Source: Candidatus Kuenenia stuttgartensis (lineage in GTDB: Bacteria > Planctomycetota > Brocadiia > Brocadiales > Brocadiaceae). Taken from it: DNA of 32,000 nucleotides. Below are positions 22,400 through 30,343 of this stretch, one piece after another (the first letter of the stretch is position 1; the number at the start of each line of letters is the position of its first letter). The stretch spans positions 2,700,001-2,732,000 of the forward strand of contig NZ_LT934425.1 in the NCBI RefSeq assembly GCF_900232105.1. Reading direction: 5' to 3'. The notes beneath the pieces were generated by a model that worked only from the letters and a program-made list of their open reading frames with translations, did not search any database and had not been told where the DNA came from. The position numbers and the translations under genes are program-made.

Positions 22400-22510
22400 C
22401 AGTCATCATGTTGCATTTGCAACACCCAGAAACGATGAAAATGGTTTTATAGCCATATCATATTGCGGTATCTGTGCTTGAGCTATTTTTTGTAGTCTTA
22501 CTTTCGAGTC
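22400..22510 (+). repeat. Direct repeat copy 1 (about 110 bp)
   Basis: AGTCATCATGTTGCATTTGCAACACCCAGAAACGATGAAAATGGTTTTATAGCCATATC...CTATTTTTTGTAGTCTTACTTTCGAG, matching 22868-22978. Confidence 0.85.
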
Positions 22511-22597
22511 GGAAACATCTGGCATTTCTGTTTCTGTACCGGTTCAAATGTATAGGGCCATCCAAAAGGTCTCTGCTTGTCATTGTAGGGGGGGGCT

Positions 22598-22812
22598 CAG
22601 CTTGTCATTGCGAGGGTCTTTTCCGAAGCAATCAATATACTACGAGATATTTTGTGACATAAGAGGCCCCATATCGCGGGAGAAAGAAGCAAATTAAGGG
22701 TGGCTCAAGGGCTAAAAAAATAGAATTAATTAATGGAATGAATGCAGGATGGAAGGATCTCTATTACGGTTTATGAGGTTGCTTCGGAAAAGACCCTCGC
22801 AATGACAAGCTG
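22598..22812. repeat. Inverted repeat, 34-bp perfect arms, 215 bp overall
   Basis: CAGCTTGTCATTGCGAGGGTCTTTTCCGAAGCAA at 22598-22631 and its exact reverse complement at 22779-22812. Confidence 0.85.
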
Positions 22813-22867
22813 AAAAGATCATCGCAATAACAAAACGGATACCCGCGTAATGACAAAATGAGTCATC

Positions 22868-22978
22868 AGTCATCATGTTTCATTTGCAACACCCAGAAAC
22901 GATGAAAATGGTTTTATAGCCATATCGTGTTGTATATCTGTACTTAAACTATTTTTTGTAGTCTTATTTTCGAGCCAG
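22868..22978 (+). repeat. Direct repeat copy 2 (about 110 bp)
   Basis: Same sequence as 22400-22510 with a handful of substitutions and one indel. Confidence 0.85.
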
Positions 22979-23364
22979 GATGTTTGTGGTACAATGTACA
23001 ATTAGTTAACCAAAAATCGGGAATGCTCCTGTTCAAACTATGTCCCCCGCTGGCGGGGGTGCAGGGGGTGGACTGAATTTCTACATCGATTCAACTACCC
23101 CTTTATTTATGAAAACAATTTTGCCCCTCTTTCCCACGCTCCGCAGACAATTCCACACCCTTAATCCCCCGCCAGCGGGGGACAGGCTTGCCACATCCCT
23201 TGCTGCTTTAATGCCCTTGTGGGGTTGATACAGATGCATTCCCGGTTTTTTGCGACACATCTGCCATGTTTTAATGAAACGTACAGTAGTATTAACCCCT
23301 GCCAGCGTTGTTTTCCCCTAATCACACAAACGGTTACAAAAAATCGGAAATGCTCCTCTCCCCC

Positions 23365-23931
23365 CTATGTTATTTCAGCCTCGTTCTTTAGCTGTTTCCA
23401 TAGTGGTTCAACGCCTAATTTCTTTACCCAATATTCCATATAATTCATATCAAGTTTTCCAAATTGTACCTCATAAACTCGTAATGCGTCGGTAAATTGT
23501 TTTTCACTGCCGCCTGAAAGTTTTGCCCATCTCAGTTTGGCCAGGATTGTATCTTCAGGTTTTGAAACCTGCAGTTTTATCCCAAGAACTTCCTCGACAT
23601 ACCTTCGTGAAAAACGGGATTGGTCAAAAGGTTCATCGGTTAATATCCAGAAATCAACTTTATCGCCCTCTTTTACATCAATTATATTGAACATCTTTTG
23701 CTTGTTAATTGCATCACAGATACTGTCTTCATCTGCATAAAAATCAGGCGGTGAAAAAGACTCTATCAGTTTCTTTACCGCCGGTTTCTGAATAGCTACA
23801 ATTACATCTATATCGTGGGTAGAACGTGGTTCACCTTGCAGGCTTGAAGCAACGGAACCTGTTATCATGTACTGAATTCCGGCGTTTTTGAGCGCCTGAA
23901 TAACCTTTTTTAATAATTCCTGTTGTGACAC
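23365..23931 (-). CDS. Nucleotidyltransferase-fold protein
   Basis: 188 aa 'IQYMITGSVASSLQGEPRSTHDIDVIVAI' (GSxxS...DxD) and 'ILAKLRWAKLSGGSEKQFTDALRVYEVQ'. Confidence 0.85.
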   Translation of the reverse strand: MSQQELLKKVIQALKNAGIQYMITGSVASSLQGEPRSTHDIDVIVAIQKPAVKKLIESFSPPDFYADEDSICDAINKQKMFNIIDVKEGDKVDFWILTDEPFDQSRFSRRYVEEVLGIKLQVSKPEDTILAKLRWAKLSGGSEKQFTDALRVYEVQFGKLDMNYMEYWVKKLGVEPLWKQLKNEAEIT

Positions 23932-24125
23932 TTATCGATACGTTTCAAAAGTATTTTTTGAAATTCCTCATCTGAAAGATGCGGAAATCTTTTCTGCAAT
24001 CCATGAATAAATAGTTGCCTGGTAAATTCAGATAATTCAAATGCCTTAAGTAACCTTTTTTCAGGTGACATTTGACGAAGTACTTGAATATACAGCTTAT
24101 GATTCAGGCGCTCTTTTAAGTTCAT
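23910..24125 (-). CDS. Small conserved partner protein of the nucleotidyltransferase
   Basis: 71 aa from the ATG at 24125 'MNLKERLNHKLYIQVLRQMSPEKRLLKAFELSEFTRQLFIHGLQKRFPHLSDEEFQKILLKRIDKCHNRNY'. It overlaps the next ORF by 22 bp. Confidence 0.75.
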   Translation of the reverse strand: MNLKERLNHKLYIQVLRQMSPEKRLLKAFELSEFTRQLFIHGLQKRFPHLSDEEFQKILLKRIDKCHNRNY

Positions 24126-24418
24126 ATTTAACTCCCAAACAGATAACAACGCCTCTTAAAACTACCACAGGCATAAAATCCGCCGCTACCAAAAAATATC
24201 TTATCGGCAAAGAAGTACCTTACCATACCGGATAAACCTATCCGCGAATCCCATGATAATTGTAGGTGATTATAGTAAAACAAAAAAATATAATCAATCT
24301 GAAAAGATACGTATATCAGGTGTATCCAATGGATGACAATGACAGGCTCGATGTTGGTTAGAGCTGATAAAACAAAAGAACTTGTAATTTTCTTTGTTTT
24401 TGCTAAACTGACTGCCGG

Positions 24419-24616
24419 ATGGAAAAAAGCAATTTTCTATCATCTCCTATCATCTCATCGCATCTGAATTCCATGGACATCACTGCGGTTTGTGTAAAGG
24501 TTATTCAGGAGCAGCAGAATGCGATTGCAGCATTGTCCGCAAAAGTAAAAATGCTTGAAGATAAAATTCAAAATATTCAACATGAAGAGGAACGCAGATG
24601 TCTACTAATATATTAG
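24419..24616 (+). CDS. Small coiled-coil protein or remnant
   Basis: 65 aa ORF 'MDITAVCVKVIQEQQNAIAALSAKVKMLEDKI', resembling the C-terminal coiled coil of tail-fiber/S74-domain proteins. Confidence 0.4.
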   Translation: MEKSNFLSSPIISSHLNSMDITAVCVKVIQEQQNAIAALSAKVKMLEDKIQNIQHEEERRCLLIY

Positions 24617-24819
24617 CAAAAATTCAAAAAGACCTGGAATTCATAAAATCCAAATTAATTGTAATAGACAATGAAATTGAAGACATAAGTAATGACTTGC
24701 ATGAGGTTCGCCCAGAGTACATAAAAAAAATAAAAACGCTGGACAAAAGGGGGAAGTTTTCCCCCTTTTCCAGCGTTGATGAATTGCGCAACGAGATAGA
24801 ACAGGAACAAAACTTATAA
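24598..24819 (+). CDS. Small hypothetical coiled-coil protein
   Basis: 73 aa ORF overlapping the previous one; charged heptad-like sequence. Confidence 0.4.
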   Translation: MSTNILAKIQKDLEFIKSKLIVIDNEIEDISNDLHEVRPEYIKKIKTLDKRGKFSPFSSVDELRNEIEQEQNL

Positions 24820-24882
24820 AATTTATAGATTTTGACCATCACGACAAAATATATTGTAAAAAGTATTCCATTAAATAAAACT

Positions 24883-25362
24883 ATGACACAACTCACACAT
24901 TTTGACGAACAAGGCGCTTCCAGAATGGTAGACGTTGGCAATAAAGACGATACCAACAGGACAGCTATCGCACACGCAAAGATCTCCACAAAACCTGAAA
25001 CATTCCGCCTTATTATGGATAAAAAAATGCACAAGGGGGACGTGCTTGAGGTTGCAAGAATTGCCGGAATTATGGCGGCAAAACAAACTTCTCAGCTTAT
25101 CCCGATGTGCCATCCGCTCAATATTACCAGCGTTAAAATAGATTACAAAGACAATGCCGCAGACACCATTGAAGTTTTTGCAGAAGTAAAAGTCACAGGG
25201 AAAACCGGCGTTGAAATGGAAGCCATCACCGCCGCCGCCATCTGCGCAATTACCATTTATGATATGTGCAAATCTGCCGATAAGGAAATGGTAATCAGCG
25301 ATATCCACCTGGTAAAAAAATCCGGCGGTAAGAGCGGAACCTTTACCTTTGGAAAACAGTGA
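24883..25362 (+). CDS. moaC: Cyclic pyranopterin monophosphate synthase MoaC
   Basis: From the ATG at 24883 'MTQLTHFDEQGASRMVDVGNKDDTNRTAIAHAKI...LIPMCHPLNITSV...KTGVEMEAITAAAICAITIYDMCK', canonical MoaC. Confidence 0.97.
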   Translation: MTQLTHFDEQGASRMVDVGNKDDTNRTAIAHAKISTKPETFRLIMDKKMHKGDVLEVARIAGIMAAKQTSQLIPMCHPLNITSVKIDYKDNAADTIEVFAEVKVTGKTGVEMEAITAAAICAITIYDMCKSADKEMVISDIHLVKKSGGKSGTFTFGKQ

Positions 25363-25470
25363 CCGTTTTGTGGTTTTATTCCTGCTTTTCAACCACTGTA
25401 TACAGCTAATTTCGGAAAGCTGAATCGGATGCGACTACTCAGCGTAATTTATAACACGCCCCCTTAAATC

Positions 25471-27856
25471 CTGGGGATGACCCATATTTTTTGCTGGACA
25501 CCGTGTTAACCGTATGTTACACTGTGTACATGCTTAGAGTAGGAGGTCGAATATTTTCAGATGATGTAATAAAGCGTTTATCAGAAACTATCCAAAAGGA
25601 ACCCTGTCTATCGCGTCGTAAACTGTCGCGTCTGGTATGCGAATGGATGGACTGGAGGAATCAAGCGGGCCGTTTGCAAGAGATGAGTTGTCGCAAGGCG
25701 TTATTGGAATTGGATCGTCGTAAAGAGATCAATCTTCCAAAGGTGAACAAGCATTATGCATTTCAAAAAGTCAATAAACCTGCGGAGGCGCCTCCGATTG
25801 CGGAAGTGTCATGCGAGCTAGCGGAGTTGGGTGACGTAGAGATTATACGGGTTACAACGAGATTCCATTCGAAACTTTGGCGTAGCATGTTAGAAGCGCA
25901 TCATTATCTTGGAAGTGGGCCCCTATGCGGGGCGCAACTTCGGTATCTTGTACGCAGTGAACATTACGGATGGATAGGAGGGCTAAGTTATAGTGCCTGT
26001 GCCAGACGGGTGGAAAGTCGCGACGAGTGGATAGGATGGACGGAGGAAGCACGTAAGCGGAATCATACGTTTGTTATCAATAACAGTCGGTATTTAATAG
26101 CGCCTACGGTAAGAGTAAAATGTTTGGCATCGCATGTATTGGCAAAATGCCAAACACGTTTGGTAGATGATTGGGAAAGAGTGTATAAATATCGTCCTGT
26201 ACTTTTAGAAACCTATGTGGAACGAGGACGGTTTTCCGGAAGCTGTTATCGGGCAGCTAACTGGAAGTATGTAGGAGGCACGGAAGGTCGAGGACGAAAA
26301 GGAACAGGTGCAACGGTCAAAGACGTTTATGTTATGCCGTTGCAAAAGAAATGGCAGGCGGTGTTGTGTTGTTGTGCCGATGGCAAAGTACATGTTCGCC
26401 AAAGAGTGGCACAAAAAGAGCCTCGGGATTGGATAGAAGCGGAACTTGGAGGAACAAAATTGGGCGATGCACGATTGACCTCAAGACTTTTAGAAATGAC
26501 AGGTATGTTTTATGACAAACCTTTGGCAAACATTCCGCAGGCGTGCGGCTCAGTCAGTGCGACTAAGGCTGCATACCGATTCCTTGACAATGAGAATGTA
26601 GATTGGAAGGCGATATTGCAAGCTCATTATGAGGCCACGGAAGAGCGTGTGAAGGAGAATAGTTTGGTTTTGGTAGCGCAAGATACTACGACTCTGAATT
26701 ATAGCACACATCCGAATACGCAGGGGTTAGGACCGATAGGTACTAAGAGTGAAAAAGTTCGTGGACTGATGGTGCATGATACGATGGCGTTTACTGAAAG
26801 TGGTACACCCTTGGGACTTCTGAATGTGCAATGCTGGGCGCGGGACGGAATAGGCAGCAAACATAAACGACACAAGAAGCCTATCGAAGAGAAGGAAAGC
26901 TGGAAATGGGTGGAGAGTTACCATGCAGTATCGCAAGTACAGAAACGCTGTCGAAACAAATCTTTACTGGTGGTTGTGGCAGATCGTGAGGCCGATATTC
27001 ACGAGGTATTCGCTGAGCAGTATAATACGCCTGATGGCGCTCAGTTGCTGATCCGCGCAGAACGTTCGCGCAATAGAAAGGTTGTTGATGATAAAGAATC
27101 ATGCGAGTTTTTGTGGACTAAACTGGAACAGCAACCGGTTATAGGTACCCGCGAAATATTGATACCTCCGAGTGAGAAACGCTCCGCACGTCAGGCAATA
27201 CTTATGGTACGAACGATGCCTGTTACGCTGCGCCCACCTATGCTAAAAAAGAATATGCCTGCGGTCAGGGTGTGGGCGGTGCTGGCGCAGGAAGTCAATC
27301 CGCCTATAGGAATTGATGGGTTAGAATGGATGCTGTTAACCACAGTTGCGGTTAAGCAAGAAAAAGATGCTTACGAACGTTTGGAATGGTATGCTCGCCG
27401 ATGGGGTATTGAGTGTTATCATCGTATTATCAAGAGCGGTTGTCGTGTCGAGTCCCGGCAGTTGGAGAGTGCCCGTCGTCTGTGCAACGCTTTGGCCATT
27501 GATATGATTATAGCTTGGCGTATCCATTACCTGACTACTTTAGGACAAGAAACACCTGATGTCCCTTGTACTGTCTACTTCAGCGATTCTGAATGGAAAG
27601 CATTGACAACTTTTGCGAACAAGGTCAAGGAGCCTCCTGATTTACCTCCAAGCCTCAATGATGCCGTGCGGCTTTTAGGTAAACTTGGCGGTCATCTGGG
27701 TCGCCGTGGTGATGGCCATCCCGGAAGTGAAGTACTTTGGCGAGGCATGTCACGTTTGGCTGATATTGAAGTTGCTTACGAACTTTACACCACTTAGCCT
27801 TCAGCTCAATTGGCCGTACAACTACGGTGCTCTTGAAATTTGTGGGTAAAGATTAG
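25471..27856 (+). mobile_element. IS4/Tn5-type insertion sequence with N-terminal DUF4338 (DruA-like) fusion
   Basis: The transposase ORF is flanked by direct repeats CTTAAATCC at 25463-25471 and 27857-27865. The proposed ends share CT...ACCCA-type similarity only. Confidence 0.6.
25530..27797 (+). CDS. DUF4338/DruA-like domain fused to a Tn5-family DDE transposase
   Basis: N-terminal 'LRVGGRIFSDDVIKRLSETI...EAHHYLGSGPLCGAQLRYLVRSEHYGWIGGLSYSACARRVESRDEWIGW'. C-terminal 'ELGGTKLGDARLTSRLLEM...IPQACGSVSATKAAYRFLDN', 'LVAQDTTTLNY', 'VVVADREADIHEVF' and 'YARRWGIECYHRIIKSGC' (DDE, YREK-like). Confidence 0.9.
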   Translation: MLRVGGRIFSDDVIKRLSETIQKEPCLSRRKLSRLVCEWMDWRNQAGRLQEMSCRKALLELDRRKEINLPKVNKHYAFQKVNKPAEAPPIAEVSCELAELGDVEIIRVTTRFHSKLWRSMLEAHHYLGSGPLCGAQLRYLVRSEHYGWIGGLSYSACARRVESRDEWIGWTEEARKRNHTFVINNSRYLIAPTVRVKCLASHVLAKCQTRLVDDWERVYKYRPVLLETYVERGRFSGSCYRAANWKYVGGTEGRGRKGTGATVKDVYVMPLQKKWQAVLCCCADGKVHVRQRVAQKEPRDWIEAELGGTKLGDARLTSRLLEMTGMFYDKPLANIPQACGSVSATKAAYRFLDNENVDWKAILQAHYEATEERVKENSLVLVAQDTTTLNYSTHPNTQGLGPIGTKSEKVRGLMVHDTMAFTESGTPLGLLNVQCWARDGIGSKHKRHKKPIEEKESWKWVESYHAVSQVQKRCRNKSLLVVVADREADIHEVFAEQYNTPDGAQLLIRAERSRNRKVVDDKESCEFLWTKLEQQPVIGTREILIPPSEKRSARQAILMVRTMPVTLRPPMLKKNMPAVRVWAVLAQEVNPPIGIDGLEWMLLTTVAVKQEKDAYERLEWYARRWGIECYHRIIKSGCRVESRQLESARRLCNALAIDMIIAWRIHYLTTLGQETPDVPCTVYFSDSEWKALTTFANKVKEPPDLPPSLNDAVRLLGKLGGHLGRRGDGHPGSEVLWRGMSRLADIEVAYELYTT

Positions 27857-27912
27857 CTTAAATCCCCTCAAATACTTCGCTGCTACTTAAAAAAAACCAA
27901 AATGTTACGATT

Positions 27913-28212
27913 GGTAACATTTTAGCTTTTTGAAAAATTCACGGGATAGAAAAAATACCATGTAGCCCCGTTAGGGGGCGGTCTGTTTGTAGCACAATAA
28001 AATTCAATAGAGTAAAATAGCTCCGTAGGAGCGGCCTGTCCGTATTCAGGCAGACCTGTTTAATATGGATTTACAAGAGACAGGTCGCTCCTAATTGCAG
28101 AGACAGGTTTCAAACCTGTCTCTACGATCTGTTATAATATTCTGTTTTGCTACAAACAGGCTGCTCCTACGGAGTTTATAGGTAATACATTTTTCAAAAA
28201 ACCAAAGCGTTA
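27913..28212. repeat. 300-bp non-coding element with 24-nt terminal motif inverted repeats and internal nested inverted repeats
   Basis: GGTAACATTTTAGCTTTTTGAAAAA near 27913 and TTTTTCAAAAAACCAAAGCGTTAC ending at 28212. Internal pairs are CTGTTTGTAGCA (27983-27994)/TGCTACAAACAG (28148-28159) and CTCCGTAGGAGC (28021-28032)/GCTCCTACGGAG (28163-28174), plus hairpin GAGACAGGTTTcAAACCTGTCTC. Confidence 0.7.
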
Positions 28213-28306
28213 CGATTGAAATTACTATACATTTAAGCAGGGGCGAAGCATTTGCCAGTTTTGGGTTTGAGCGCATTTATGACAATTTATAGCAAATGCT
28301 TCGCCC

Positions 28307-30088
28307 CTACAATATTTCTATGCCTTCTTCCAGCTCCTCTTTCCTGTAAAGCGCCGAATATTCCCCGTTCATTTTTATAAGCTCTGCATGTGTGCCCTTC
28401 TCAACAATCATGCCCTCTTTCATAACAACAATTACATCAAAATCCCTGATAGCCGGTAATCTGTGTGTAACAATAATGAGTGTTTTGCCGGGAAATTTTG
28501 TCGCTATGTTGTGCAGAATAAAATGCTCCCCCTGAACATCCACCGCAGAGAGGCAATCATCCATAATAATAATGTCCGGATTTACCGCCAGCGCACGCGC
28601 AATGGTTAATCTTTGTTTCTGCCCGCCCGACAAATTAACTCCGCGTTCGCCTAAATAACTTTCATACTGCTCGGGTAGTTTTTGGATTTCTGCCTCCAGT
28701 TTTACCATACGGGCAAGTTCTCTCACTTTTTCACCCGTTTCCTCCCCTGCATTGCCAAACAAAATGGCATCTGCAATTCGTTCAGAAAACAGAAATGCCT
28801 CCTGAGGAACAAAACCAATACACCTGCGCAACAATGTAACATCCATAGCATTGATATCCATCCCGTCTATAAATACCGTACCGTCTTTTACTGATAGTAT
28901 CCGGGGCAAAAGGCTTAACAACGTTGTTTTACCGCTGCCGATAGACCCTACAATTGCCACACGTTGCCCAGCGCGTATTTTAAGGTGTATGCCCTTTAAT
29001 ATCCATTTATCCTGTTTATAATATTGAAAATGTACGTCCCTGAACTCAATATCTCCTTTCAAAGTTACTTTTTTACTTGTTACAGAATGTTTGTCGATCT
29101 CAGGCTTTTCCTCCATCACTTCATCAATACGTTTCATAGACGCATTACCGCGCTGCAATAATGAGACACACCAACCTACAGCCGTCATAGGCCAAATCAT
29201 CATTGATATGTAACTTTGAAAAGCGACCAGGGTGCCAAGCGTAATATCGCCTTGAATGACCATTCTTCCGCCAATACAAAGCAGCATGATTATTCCCAAA
29301 TAAGTAATATACTCAAAGGCTGGACCCAAAAGAGACTGCGGAATGGCAAGCTTAAGATTCTTCTTTACAAAATCTTCTGACAATTCCCGTAAAGCCGCTT
29401 CTTCCTGTTGAGAAATGTTAAAAGACTTTACCACACGGATACCGGAAATGCTCTCCCGTACCTTTTCGCTGACCCTTGAAAATTGTTCCTGGACACTACA
29501 AAACTGGCGGTCAATAACATTCCTGATTTTATAAGCAATAAAAGGCGTTAAGGGCATCAATATACAGGTAAATAATGATAGTTTGGGGGACAACCAGATA
29601 ATAATCGGAGGAATAACTATAAAATACAACAAGGCGTCAAGCCCGATTAATAATCCAGGCCCAACTGCCATACGGATAGCATTCATATCGTTTGTAGCCC
29701 TGGACATCAGATCGCCAGTTTTATATTTCTGGAAAAAACGCTGTGATTGTGTTTCTATATGCTTAAAAAAAGCCATACGGAGGTCATGCTCGCACCGAAA
29801 AGACGTTCCTATGAAATATATCCGCCACACATAGCGGCATGCCCCCTGGAAAAATGTCGCCAGTAGAAATAAGCCGATATAATATGCAATGCCTCGCATG
29901 TTACTGTCACCGGAAAGCATATCTATGGTTTTTTTTATAATAAGTGGGGGAAATATATTAATAATATCCACAGTAATGAGCGAGATTGCCCCAATAATAA
30001 AATAGCGCCGGTATTTCTTTACAAATACCCTGTAAACAATGCTTCTTTGCCAAAGTGTTTTCAATTTTTTCATAAAACGTATTAACAT
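28307..30088 (-). CDS. ABC transporter, ATP-binding/permease fusion (MsbA/MdlB-like exporter)
   Basis: 593 aa with N-terminal TM domain, Walker A 'GSIGSGKTTLLSLL', signature 'NLSGGQKQRLTIARAL' and Walker B 'DIIIMDDCLSAVD'. Confidence 0.95.
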   Translation of the reverse strand: MLIRFMKKLKTLWQRSIVYRVFVKKYRRYFIIGAISLITVDIINIFPPLIIKKTIDMLSGDSNMRGIAYYIGLFLLATFFQGACRYVWRIYFIGTSFRCEHDLRMAFFKHIETQSQRFFQKYKTGDLMSRATNDMNAIRMAVGPGLLIGLDALLYFIVIPPIIIWLSPKLSLFTCILMPLTPFIAYKIRNVIDRQFCSVQEQFSRVSEKVRESISGIRVVKSFNISQQEEAALRELSEDFVKKNLKLAIPQSLLGPAFEYITYLGIIMLLCIGGRMVIQGDITLGTLVAFQSYISMMIWPMTAVGWCVSLLQRGNASMKRIDEVMEEKPEIDKHSVTSKKVTLKGDIEFRDVHFQYYKQDKWILKGIHLKIRAGQRVAIVGSIGSGKTTLLSLLPRILSVKDGTVFIDGMDINAMDVTLLRRCIGFVPQEAFLFSERIADAILFGNAGEETGEKVRELARMVKLEAEIQKLPEQYESYLGERGVNLSGGQKQRLTIARALAVNPDIIIMDDCLSAVDVQGEHFILHNIATKFPGKTLIIVTHRLPAIRDFDVIVVMKEGMIVEKGTHAELIKMNGEYSALYRKEELEEGIEIL

Positions 30089-30343
30089 TGAAATTCCTAA
30101 ACGCTAACATAATTGAGAATAAAAACTTCATTTTAGAGAAGAAGTCTTGTACAAACAATGATAAACAGCATTTTCACCGTAACTATTCAGCGTAAATGAT
30201 ACACAGATCTGTGGCACAGGCATCTTGCCTGTGCGAAACGCACCTAAAAATGCTGTTGCTTAATGGTGTTAGAATGATAAAATTCAACCTTTAATTCAAA
30301 AGAATAAAATATCCATGACCTTCGGTCGCAAAGGAGTGAAATA

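Noticed and set aside
22400-22978. Moco riboswitch near moaA
   Set aside because: The repeats lie downstream of moaA and I could not recognise the Moco RNA consensus. Nothing convincing was seen upstream of moaA or moaC either.
25530-26400. Full Druantia anti-phage system
   Set aside because: Only a DUF4338/DruA-like domain inside a transposase is present. There is no DruE-type helicase or other Druantia gene nearby, so no defence system is claimed.
26205-27527. Antisense ORFs inside the IS transposase
   Set aside because: They are shadows of a clear sense DDE transposase and have no motifs.
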